From: Candidatus Heimdallarchaeota archaeon
Lineage (GTDB): Archaea; Asgardarchaeota; Heimdallarchaeia; JABLTI01
Reading direction: 5' to 3'
Assembly (NCBI GenBank): GCA_019056785.1
Contig: DXJV01000075.1
Span: 1 to 40,801, forward strand
DNA length: 40,801 bases
Part shown: piece by piece, positions 28,094 to 37,358 of the stretch
Layout of the letters: each line of letters starts with the position of its first letter
Numbering within the stretch: position 1 is the stretch's first letter
Position numbers and translations under genes: made by a program
Notes under the pieces: model-generated
Databases searched by the model: none
What the model was told of the DNA's origin: nothing
Seen by the model: the letters and a program-made list of their open reading frames with translations, nothing else

Positions 28094-30157
28094 TCAACGC
28101 TTTTTAATGGTATGCTCTACCGGAACAATACCCTCAAGAGGGATTTTTTGGAGACAATGAGGACAGGTACCATTTGCTTTGACCCATTCTTGGAAGTGCG
28201 GGAGGTGCCCTTTAGCTTCACAGAGGGGGCAGAAACCATAAGTTTCTCCAAAAGAGATGGGCAATTTACAGATCTCACAATGAGGAATGGGTTCACCACA
28301 ATCAGGACAAAGCTTAAAGTCCTTTTCGATGGGATAACCACAGTTATGGCAGGTATAACTTCCAACCTCTTTGAAGCTGTCGAGAATCTTGGAAATAGCT
28401 TCTTCAGCTTCGATGGTTTCATCTTGAAGGATTTGTGGGATTCTTACGACATCTTTTTGCACTTGAAAAGCAAGCTCGTCGGGAAGCTCAAGCAACCATT
28501 TCTCAAGCTCCAGGGTATCTTTGAATTTTAGCAAACTGGCCATGCGTTCGAGAGAGATTTCACTATAACGTTTGATTATCTTGCGAAGATTTAATTCGCG
28601 CTCTTTTTGAAGGGCAATTTCAGCTTCAGCAGTTTGAAGCTTCTCCAAAATGTCTTGTTTCTTCAGCTCCAATTCATACATGACTTGCTTCTGAGCAAGA
28701 TTGCGTTCTACAGCACCAGACTCATAAGCTTGGATAAGTTCTTCATAATCATCAAAACCGATTTTCTTGCCGATCTCACTTAACATGAATGCCGTGAGGG
28801 AACGAAGCAACGAATCCTTATCTCTCAACAAAGGAAGAAGCTCAGGAATAGCCTTCAGAGGTTCAATATCAACAATCATTCGAGTCGCTTCATCTTTTAT
28901 GTCAATGTCATCAGTATTCTTAATTAGGCCAACTAACGCAGACGCATAACCTTTCTGTCCGAGCTTTAAGAGAGTTTCTTTAACAATTTCAAGGATTGCT
29001 TCATCCTCCTCGAGGTTTTGAAGCATATCCACGAGAGGAGGAATATCATTTACTCCACCAATTAATCCCAGTGCTTTACCAGCTGCCTTGCGAACATTAA
29101 AACTCGAGTCTTCATAAAGAATGGCAGTTAAAATTGTGCCGGAATTTGCAGCATTAATCTCCACAAGAGCATTTATGGCTTTGATGCGAATGTCATCATC
29201 CGAATCATTCTCAATAACAGATTCGAGGGCATGAATAATATCCTCTCCACCTATTTTAGCAAAGGCATCAATAACTTCCATCCGGAGGTCCTTGTTAAGC
29301 TCATCCTGCAAGATTTGAATCAGAATGTCTGTTGCTTCTTTGGAACGGATGTTCCCAAGAGCCTGGACCGCCTTCTCCCGTACGAGAATGTCCTCATCTT
29401 CCATGGCAGTCTCGAGCAGAATGGGAATGGCTTCTTTCGCGCGGATCTTCCCCAGAGCTTCAGCAGAGACTGCACGCTCATAAGATTGTGAACCTTCCAT
29501 AAGTCGGGCCATAAGTTTAGGAATAATCTTACTATCGCCAAGCTCGCCAAGCACAGCTTCAATGTTAACCTTGATCTCATCCGAGGAAACCTTTTTGTGC
29601 AGTTTTTTCAGCTTCGAAATGATCTCTTTCGTGCCAATTTTTGCTATCGTCTTAATAGCTTCGATACGCACTAATTCATCCTCTTCCTCATTAGCGGCAA
29701 TTCGTTCGAGAAAAGGGACAGCATCAGAGCCGGTAACACGCTCGAGTGTTTGAATGGCATAATAACGAATGGTTCGCTCCTCATAATCTGTAATGAGAGT
29801 CTTAATGGTTCGTTCGGCTTTTTTGGCGGCTTTACCAATCTTGGAGAAGGTATCAAGAATTAGCTGGAGAATTTCTTCGTCATCATAAAAACTATCGATT
29901 AAATCAATTAAATCAGGAACGGCTTTCTCTGCTTTTGCACCGAAGTTGCCAATAGTCTCTATAACCAAATAAAGAACATCATAGTCGGTTTCATTATGCA
30001 ATGTCTCAATAAGATCATTTAAGGCGCGTTCAGCTTGTTCTTGGAGAGACTGGAGCTCCTGAATGGCCTCAAATCGGACAGCTTCGTCAGGGTTATTGCG
30101 CAACTGGTACACAAGCTCTTTAATGCGCTCATTCAACTCTTTTTGCTCTTCACTCAT
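28094..30157 (-). CDS. HEAT-repeat protein with PCI-like winged helix and C-terminal zinc-ribbon + RING-like domain (putative E3 ligase)
   Basis: More than 10 HEAT units (VRFEAIQEL, VREKAVQALG, VRKAAGKALG); RYSEISLERMASLL; five CxxC pairs plus GHxxHxxxW. Confidence 0.85.
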   Translation of the reverse strand: MSEEQKELNERIKELVYQLRNNPDEAVRFEAIQELQSLQEQAERALNDLIETLHNETDYDVLYLVIETIGNFGAKAEKAVPDLIDLIDSFYDDEEILQLILDTFSKIGKAAKKAERTIKTLITDYEERTIRYYAIQTLERVTGSDAVPFLERIAANEEEDELVRIEAIKTIAKIGTKEIISKLKKLHKKVSSDEIKVNIEAVLGELGDSKIIPKLMARLMEGSQSYERAVSAEALGKIRAKEAIPILLETAMEDEDILVREKAVQALGNIRSKEATDILIQILQDELNKDLRMEVIDAFAKIGGEDIIHALESVIENDSDDDIRIKAINALVEINAANSGTILTAILYEDSSFNVRKAAGKALGLIGGVNDIPPLVDMLQNLEEDEAILEIVKETLLKLGQKGYASALVGLIKNTDDIDIKDEATRMIVDIEPLKAIPELLPLLRDKDSLLRSLTAFMLSEIGKKIGFDDYEELIQAYESGAVERNLAQKQVMYELELKKQDILEKLQTAEAEIALQKERELNLRKIIKRYSEISLERMASLLKFKDTLELEKWLLELPDELAFQVQKDVVRIPQILQDETIEAEEAISKILDSFKEVGSYTCHNCGYPIEKDFKLCPDCGEPIPHCEICKLPISFGETYGFCPLCEAKGHLPHFQEWVKANGTCPHCLQKIPLEGIVPVEHTIKKR

Positions 30158-30270
30158 TCTTTTATCAAATCCAAAGAAAGTTTGTATTATGTAAGATTAG
30201 ACAAATAATTATGTGCAGTTTTCCTTTAAGAAGTTTGATTTTGAGGCAGAAGAAAAAGAAAGAAAAGAAT

Positions 30271-30725
30271 TTAGAAGGCGACTTTTAAGCCACCTAACTC
30301 GAGATGGTGTTTGTCGTGCTCCCAGATTCTTAACAAATTCTCAGAACGAAGAAACGATTTCTCGTCGGTAACAATCTCAGGAACAGAGAGGAGGCTTTTA
30401 AACTGGTTAAGAAGTTCCGTACGTGTTTTTTTGAATGATTTTTTAAGTTCTACCAGAGATAAACCTTGCTTTTGAGCGATTATTTTATCATTCCATATAT
30501 TGTAGTCGAGCTTCTGTTTTTGATGAGAGAATTGGAATCCTTCTAAAGCATTAGCCTTTTTAGCTTTACAAGCACGAATTAGTTCGTTGTCCCACGACCA
30601 AATATGAATGAGAAGCTCTTTGAGTCCCAACCATTCGGGAGCGCAAAAGAGTCTCCCAAGCCACTAATGATCTTTGTGGTTTATTCTGTTCGAGTGATAT
30701 GATCTTTTAGAGTAAGAGCAAACAT
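30271..30725 (-). pseudogene. DinB/ClbS-like four-helix-bundle protein, 5'-disrupted
   Basis: LKELLIHIWSWD, DYNIWND and WEHDKHH motifs are intact. The upstream ATG (30725) runs into TAA after 14 codons and is in a different frame, and the ORF's own frame has a TAG shortly upstream. Confidence 0.55.
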
Positions 30726-30786
30726 GGTTTAGACATGGGGAAAAACACATTAATTTATATTTCTTACTTACGCAAAGTGACTACAA

Positions 30787-31785
30787 ATGACCCTCCGACC
30801 GGCAAAACAACAAAAAGGCGGTTATGTAATCAAAACCTTACGCGAAAAAGGAGCCGAGACAATAGAAGGTTTAAAGAGAGAGGGAGTGCTGGATCAAACG
30901 AGGGAGGTGGTAGCCGACGGGGAGTTTCTCTGGATACCGGTAAAAAAGAAGATTAAAGGTGCTAAAAAGAGAGTCATGCCACAAAAAAAGATGAAACACT
31001 TAAGAAAAAGTTTGAAAGAGGAATTTGGGCTCAAGGCTTTCGACGTTATTGGAGAGACAATTGTTCTTTTCCTCCCTCAAGAATTGGAGGAGAAAGCACA
31101 AGAAATTGGGGAGTATCTTTTAAAGCTCTACCCAAAAGTGAAAGCGGTCTATAAAGAAGTAGGAAAAACCAAAGGAACATTTCGAGTGCAACAGAAAAAA
31201 TTGCTAGCCGGAAGTGGCTCAGAAACTATCCACACTGAACACGGCTTAAAATTCAAGCTGGATGTCACAGAAGTGTTTTTCTCACCACGCCAGTTAACCG
31301 AACGATTACAAATCACAAAATTTGTAAAAAAAGGAGAAAAAGTCTGCGTCTTTTTTTCAGGGATAGGAGCAATTCCAATTTACTTAGCAAAATATACTGA
31401 AGCAAAAGAAATAATCGGTATAGAATTAAATAAAAAGGCGCATGACTACGCTTTGCAGAATGTAAAATTAAACAAAATAGAGCCCCAACGAGTGCAACTA
31501 ATAAATGATGATGTTCGAAAGGTTGCACGGAAATGGGAGAAGGAAAAGAGAACGTTTTCACTGGTCATACTTGCAGAACCTAAAAATGAGCCCTCAATGT
31601 TTCAAGAAGCGAAGACCATTCTTAGAGAGAAAACAGGAAGGATTTTACTGTCCTTTGTGGGAACAAAAGCAATTTATGAACGAAGGATTGCTGAAATAGA
31701 AAAAGAAGGATTTATCGTCAAAAAAATCTTTGAAAAGAAACGGCTTGGTCCACAGGAAAGCCGCTATCTACTACTATGCCAATAA
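30787..31785 (+). CDS. Met-10+/Trm5/Tyw2 family tRNA-modifying SAM-dependent transferase
   Basis: FDVIGE, GTFRV, ETIHTEHGLKFKLD, FFSPRQLTER, FSGIG, GIELN. Motifs are somewhat divergent (VFFSGIG, LAEPK). Confidence 0.85.
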   Translation: MTLRPAKQQKGGYVIKTLREKGAETIEGLKREGVLDQTREVVADGEFLWIPVKKKIKGAKKRVMPQKKMKHLRKSLKEEFGLKAFDVIGETIVLFLPQELEEKAQEIGEYLLKLYPKVKAVYKEVGKTKGTFRVQQKKLLAGSGSETIHTEHGLKFKLDVTEVFFSPRQLTERLQITKFVKKGEKVCVFFSGIGAIPIYLAKYTEAKEIIGIELNKKAHDYALQNVKLNKIEPQRVQLINDDVRKVARKWEKEKRTFSLVILAEPKNEPSMFQEAKTILREKTGRILLSFVGTKAIYERRIAEIEKEGFIVKKIFEKKRLGPQESRYLLLCQ

Positions 31786-32026
31786 TAGGCGTGTTATTGG
31801 AACAGTGCCTTTTTAACTGGAAAAAACGATTATTTAGCCGTTTTTTCAACTACAGCTATTTATTACTGACTCTTTTTTTTATCCGATAGAGTAAAATTAC
31901 AAAAACAAACGTTCATTTTTACCTGTTCTTACCTACTTTTTTAAGATAAATAGTAAACGATAATCTTTTTTAGATTAAGAACATACATAATTAGTTTTTA
32001 AACAAAAAAGGAGCAACAAAGGAAAA

Positions 32027-33685
32027 ATGAACAGTCAGAATAAACAGGATTTTGTTGTCATCTCTAAGGCAAAGCCAATGAATTACAAAACCAATTATGT
32101 TTATTTGCCGAAAGATTATGGCTCAAAGAACTATTTTGAACGAGCAGACGTCCAAGCAATCCGAAATGTTGTTTTCCAAAATCTGGACATATTAAATGAC
32201 AAAAGCCAATTTCTCCAGAAGATGCGAAATAAGAAGCTCATCCTTAAACCAAATCTTGTTGGCGTTTTTCGTGACATCGGCTTCTCACCTGCAATAGTCC
32301 CCCAATCGACTGACCCGAGAGTATTAGATGCCATTGTCGAGTACTTTACGCCATTTGTTGATGAGATCATTATTGCCGAAGCATCAGGAAGTGGCTTTCC
32401 TACAAGAACATCATTTAAGTTGGCTGGGCTTGACAGATTGGCCAAATATAGGGGCATTCAATTAGCATGCTTAGAAGAACAGCCAGTTGAGAGATACTAT
32501 TTGCCAAAAGCTAAAGCAATGAAGGAATGTCTTATTCCAGCTATTTTCGGCGAAGTGGTCCGGAAGGAAGCAAGCTACATTTCCATCCCAAAAATGAAGA
32601 CAAACATGTATACCGAGGTGACTTTAGGGTTTAAAAATGCCATGGGGATTATCCCCTTAAATTTGCGTCAAAGAGACCATAACTACAATCTTGAACAAAA
32701 ATTGGTGGACCTCTTATTCCTTCTAAAACCTGATGTGACAATCATTGATGGAATTGTTGGAGGGCAAGGGCAAATCCCCGCAACCGCCGAACCAATTGAA
32801 AGTGGTATTGTTATTAGCGGAACAAATGTCGTTGAAACAGACCGTGTCGCTACAGAGATCATGGGATTGAAAGCAGAGAAAGTAAAACTCATCCACCTGG
32901 CTAAAAAAATGGGCTTTGGAAATGACAGCATAGAAATCATAGGTGAGAAAGAACCAATACCCTTCAAACAAGCAGACCCCTCGTTAATGAACGATGCCTT
33001 CCACGAAAAATTCCCCAAAGTTACCGCCCTTATTGGTCATCAGTTAAAAACCGCACCAAAAATAACCGACTTGAAGAAGGTAAAGAAGAACGATTTGAAA
33101 AAAATGGAGTTGGCATGCCGTGGTGGATGTCTAGTAGCTACACGAATGGCCTTCGAATTGTTAGCCGCTGAGGAACAAAAAATCCCTCCAATGACTATTA
33201 TCATTGGAAAAGGCGTCATTGTAAATGGCAAGGGCCCATATTATTTTAACAGAGAGGGCAAAGTATACACATTGAAAAAAATAGCCGAAATCAAACAACC
33301 CGTACTGGCAGTAGGAAGCTGTACAAGTCACTAAAAAGATCTTACAGACATCTATATTGAAGGCTGTCTCTTCCATCCCGGCTTAGTGCATGTGAAACTC
33401 CACAAACTAACAAAGTCAAAATGTAAAATGACCGGCTTTAAAAATAAACATTTATTGAAACTAATAACAGACACACTAAAAATGCGAAAAATACGCCGCA
33501 AACGGATAAAAAATGGACAATATGTTGACATCGGCCTAGACGAAGTTGAAACTGAAGCACAATACCCAAAAACCACCATAGACCCAACATTGGACTTTAT
33601 TGAATGGGAGCTCGCAGAAATGACAAAACAGCGGAAAAAAGCGCTTATAAAAGACGAATGGAAGTCACTTATGATCCTTTTCTAG
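32027..33685 (+). pseudogene. DUF362 family Fe-S protein interrupted by an in-frame TAA at 33332-33334
   Basis: LILKPNL, TDPRV, PKMKT, KNAMG, IIDGIVGG, ACRGGC. The frame continues VGSCTSH*KDLTDIYIEGCLFHP into ORF 33386-33685 (offset 1359 nt, same frame). Confidence 0.75.
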
Positions 33686-33711
33686 GGGAGAATTTTCCCC
33701 TGCCTTTTTTT
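33684..33711 (+). terminator. Hairpin plus T-tract after the DUF362 gene
   Basis: AGGGGA-GAATTT-TCCCCT followed by GCC and T7. Confidence 0.5.
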
Positions 33712-33840
33712 GTATATCCTCTTGAAATTTTGAGTCAGGCTAAAAAAGCAAAGTGGTATTTTGATTAAATTGCCCGTTCGGAAAAATTCCGATTACATAA
33801 TATTTATATTTTTCAATTTGAAGAAGAGTCTATCTTTTGT

Positions 33841-34365
33841 GTGGAGATGAAATTAATGAAACCAATAAGCCTTTGTCTTGTACAGATTGGTAATAAGGGT
33901 ATTGAACTTGTGAATTCATATCCGAACGTTTTGCCAGCTGAGGTTACAAACCAGATCATCCTCAAGTCGATGCCTTTTGGGGCGAAACATGGGGATTTCA
34001 TCACAACAAATTCAGGGCAGCTATTTCTTTCCGGATATGTTTTCAAAATCCCCAGAGAAAATGAAAGGGACAATTTAGCATCCATCGTTGCAGTTTATGA
34101 TTCTGAAAAATACAACCCTCCGGCGATAAAGAAACTCTTTTCAATAACAATTGAAAAATTAACTGAAAATAAGTTAGTGAATATTGAAACAATTGAAAAA
34201 ATCTTGCCAGAAATTTATAATGGTATGAGCAAAGGGCATTTAAAAATAAAGATCAGCTCCATTGTGACTTTGGAAATCGATTTTATTACTGAAGAAGAAA
34301 AGGAGAGCCCCACAGACCCCACCGAAGAGATTGTCTCAGACGTACAAAGAGAGTTGTGGAAATAA
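33841..34365 (+). CDS. uDENN/longin-like protein, putative GTPase regulator
   Basis: LVQIGNKGIELVNSYP...IILKSMPFG...DF...GYVF...ASIVAV resembles upstream-DENN domains; first gene of the operon with the Arf-like GTPase. Confidence 0.6.
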   Translation: MEMKLMKPISLCLVQIGNKGIELVNSYPNVLPAEVTNQIILKSMPFGAKHGDFITTNSGQLFLSGYVFKIPRENERDNLASIVAVYDSEKYNPPAIKKLFSITIEKLTENKLVNIETIEKILPEIYNGMSKGHLKIKISSIVTLEIDFITEEEKESPTDPTEEIVSDVQRELWK

Positions 34366-34391
34366 GCGCAAAAGAAAGGAGAAATGTAGAA

Positions 34392-34925
34392 ATGGCTTTT
34401 ATTTTAAAATTATTTAAAAAAATAAAACAATCAAATGTAACTATTGCCGGCTTGGATAATGCCGGAAAAACGGCTTTTGTAAATTATCTCATTAAGGGGA
34501 CATTTGTGCCCACAGTACCAACGGCCGGAATTAACCGGGAAACCATAAATCTGCCAAAACTTCAGTTGGCAGTTTATGATTTGGGGGGACAAGAGAAATT
34601 CCGGGGGCTCTGGACACAAGTAAATGAAAAAGCAAATGGCCTAATCTATGTCATCGACAGTACCGATAAGGCGCGATTCGATTTAACGCTCCAAATCCTC
34701 TATGAGATTTTAGAGACACAAGTCAATGAGCTGATACCGGTCTTGATCCTTTTACATAAACATGACCTCCCGGAAAGAATTGAGTTAGAGGAATTCCTGG
34801 CGAAGACAGACTTTACACGATTTAATGTCAAATGGTCCTGTTTTGAAACCTCAGCAAAAACCGGTGAGGGGATCATTAAAGCTATGACCTGGTTTATTAA
34901 AGAATTGGAGGCACAAACCCAATGA
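34392..34925 (+). CDS. Arf-family small GTPase
   Basis: G1 GLDNAGKT, G2 TVPTAG, G3 YDLGGQEKFR, IYVIDSTD, G4 variant HKHD, G5 TSAK; amphipathic N-terminus MAFILKLFKK (ATG 34392). Confidence 0.93.
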   Translation: MAFILKLFKKIKQSNVTIAGLDNAGKTAFVNYLIKGTFVPTVPTAGINRETINLPKLQLAVYDLGGQEKFRGLWTQVNEKANGLIYVIDSTDKARFDLTLQILYEILETQVNELIPVLILLHKHDLPERIELEEFLAKTDFTRFNVKWSCFETSAKTGEGIIKAMTWFIKELEAQTQ

Positions 34926-35857
34926 ATGGTTTTACCATCTTTTTCCTCGTGAATAGCGATATAAGCGTTTTAGCGTGCATTCTTTTTTCATCCAGCTTAT
35001 TAGCAGTTTTAATTAGAAAACGGACAATGGGGACATTGTTACTTTGGATCACCTTTTTGTCAACAACTTTTGCGGAAATACTTTTGGGGATAAGCTTTCA
35101 TTTAGAAGCTCTCTCAGCAACAACAATGACAACAGTTACAGAAGCATTGTCCTATACAAGTTATATCTTATTCGCATCGAATATTGTATTCCTTTATGCT
35201 TTTGGCAACAGGTTAATTTTACGAGACAACAGCTTTATTCAGTTAGTTTATTTTGTTGGGTTTGTTTTCCCGCTGGCGCTCCCTGTCGGACTCATTTTTA
35301 AGAACATCCTCGAGTTTCACGACCCAAACCTCTATACAAAAGTCAGTTTAACAATATCTAATCTTAGCATTGTTATGCCTGTGCGGTCGATAGCCCTTTT
35401 GGCCATTATGGGGCCACTAGGCATATCAGCATTCTTACGAATCGTCATAAAAGCCATTCGTATCCAGCGTGGTACAAAAGATAAAATAGCAAAGGAAGGG
35501 TTCAAGTACATCTGGCAAGGAACCTTCTTATGGTACATGGGCTATACGCTGTTATTTGCAACCTTATGGTATATACCGGTCTTTTCAACAAATCCAGTTT
35601 TGATAGTGATCATTTTCATGGTAAAACTGATCTTCTCAGATATTATCGGCTTCCTCCTCCTGTATTTAGGATGGGTGATGCCAGATTGGTTGAAGCGACG
35701 TTTGGGAACGAAAAGCTGGATTGCTAAGGTTTATACCGGCGAAATAAAAGTAAGCGAAAAAAAAGAAACAACAAAATCATTTGTCTACAAACAAGAGGAA
35801 CATACACAACAACAAAAAACAGGTTTTTCAGCTGTGGTTGAGGTAAGTGACAAGTAA
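34922..35857 (+). CDS. Seven-transmembrane protein of unknown function
   Basis: Seven hydrophobic segments by eye and a charged cytoplasmic-type tail; ATGA overlap with the GTPase stop. Confidence 0.75.
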   Translation: MNGFTIFFLVNSDISVLACILFSSSLLAVLIRKRTMGTLLLWITFLSTTFAEILLGISFHLEALSATTMTTVTEALSYTSYILFASNIVFLYAFGNRLILRDNSFIQLVYFVGFVFPLALPVGLIFKNILEFHDPNLYTKVSLTISNLSIVMPVRSIALLAIMGPLGISAFLRIVIKAIRIQRGTKDKIAKEGFKYIWQGTFLWYMGYTLLFATLWYIPVFSTNPVLIVIIFMVKLIFSDIIGFLLLYLGWVMPDWLKRRLGTKSWIAKVYTGEIKVSEKKETTKSFVYKQEEHTQQQKTGFSAVVEVSDK

Positions 35858-36442
35858 AAACAACAAATGGTAGAAAATATTATTATTCAACACTTACCAA
35901 GAAAAACCGATTTTTTCCTTTTTTTCTTTGCTAACAGTTTGGTTTCTTTTATAGTTTTTCAGCCTTAATTTTCTAGCTATTTCTTCTTCGAGTGTAAATT
36001 TGAGGAAGGCAATATGGAAAGTCATACATTAAGAAGATCGGAAACTCTCAAGCTAATGGAAGCAAAGAACAAGATGGTGCCTACTCCTTTCTAAAAGTTC
36101 CTTTCTTCATACCTACTAAAAAAAAATTAACTGAAAACTAACATAACAAAGCGCCTTAACAAAAACAAAAAGCTACACCCTCTTAAAACTAGATTTAAAT
36201 ATTTATCAAATCCAATTTTTATTACCATATATTAAGAGAAGTGAAAGTTAAATTGTTGAAGAAAAAACATCTTTCAGCAGTACTGATTTTACTGTTCTTT
36301 TTTATCTGGTTGGTTTGTTTTATGTTAACTATTCTCCTTCTCCCGGCATTGTTACTCGTTTAGGTGCTGATTGTGCAACCAAAAAATAAGTATACTTTTT
36401 AAACTGGTTCACTAATAAATTATCAAGAGGATTGAATGAATC

Positions 36443-36820
36443 TTGCACAAAGAAGAGGTAGAATTATTGCTAAAAAGAAGCAAGAACTTTTACGATGGTG
36501 CTAAGCAACGGTTTGAAAAAGGTGACTGGGATCTCGCTTGTTTCCTTGCAGAACAATCTGTTCAATTGTATCTAGAGGCATGTATCTTATAGGAAGCGGG
36601 ACAAACTCCAAGAACCCATTCTTTGCGCCAGCTACTTGCGCAGCTTAGTCTGGTTATTGGTAAAAACCTCGAGTATGACCGTAAAAGTTTATTTTTACTC
36701 GAGAGCGCTTATTTCAATGCTCGGTATATTGCTATTACTTATGATGAAGAACAAGCAAAAGACGCTTTGAAAATTGCCAAGGAGTTAATGGCTTATGTCA
36801 AAAATTCTCTCACTCAATAG
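36443..36820 (+). pseudogene. HEPN-domain protein (HEPN-MNT toxin) with an in-frame TAG at 36590-36592
   Basis: Hand translation from TTG 36443: MHKEEVELLLKRSKNFYDGAKQRFEKGDWDLACFLAEQSVQLYLEACIL*EAGQTPRTHSLRQLL...LESAYFNARY; typical archaeal HEPN motifs. Confidence 0.82.
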
Positions 36821-37139
36821 AGCTCGCTATCTGCTGTTAAAAAAATATCGAAAGTATCTTGAACCAATAAAAAGAGCCTACTTGGAGTTTTTACCTGATG
36901 CAAGGCTTTTCCTTTTCGGTAGTGCGCTTAGTGGCGATTTGGTTGCTGCTAGTGATATTGACATCCTGATTTTAACGAACAAAGAATTTAAGAATCACAT
37001 GGAGCATGCAGTTGTAGTCATCGGCATTGAAGACCGTATTGGCTTGCCTTTTGTCCATCCTTTTGAATTCCATATAATGACTCGCACCAAATATCAGCGA
37101 TTCATTTCTACTACTGGTGCTCAATTAGAAGAATTCTAG
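36795..37139 (+). CDS. Minimal nucleotidyltransferase (MNT antitoxin)
   Basis: LFGSALSGDLVAASDIDILI, PFEFHI; overlaps the HEPN gene. Confidence 0.88.
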   Translation: MSKILSLNRARYLLLKKYRKYLEPIKRAYLEFLPDARLFLFGSALSGDLVAASDIDILILTNKEFKNHMEHAVVVIGIEDRIGLPFVHPFEFHIMTRTKYQRFISTTGAQLEEF

Positions 37140-37358
37140 TTTTACCTTTTTTAGTGTAGACGGGTTTAGATTATGGTCATGCAAAAAATATTTGCGAGCT
37201 AAATCGTAGTACCAAAGGAAAAATGGATTTTCAAAATATTTTTTGGGTGAATTTTATCTTTCTTGAAGAGATAAGAGAAATCGTCATTAATCTTCGATTT
37301 GAACCAATGCCTTGTGAGTTCCCTCTTTGTTATTCAGACAAACAAATTGAAACAAAAC

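Noticed and set aside
33386-33685. Independent 99-aa gene
   Set aside because: It is the in-frame continuation of the DUF362 gene past a premature TAA.
34922-35857. Microbial rhodopsin or bona fide class A GPCR call for the 7-TM protein
   Set aside because: No rhodopsin helix-C or helix-G (DxxxK) motifs and no DRY or NPxxY; only the topology is supported.
36241-36363. 40-codon hydrophobic ORF (MKVKLLKKKHLSAVLILLFFFIWLVCF...)
   Set aside because: Signal-peptide-like, but T-rich DNA produces such ORFs by chance. It may be a gene remnant but cannot be supported.
32027-36820. Genome-wide stop-codon reassignment to explain internal stops
   Set aside because: The lesions involve different codons (TAA, TAG), and both terminate conserved genes normally in this window.
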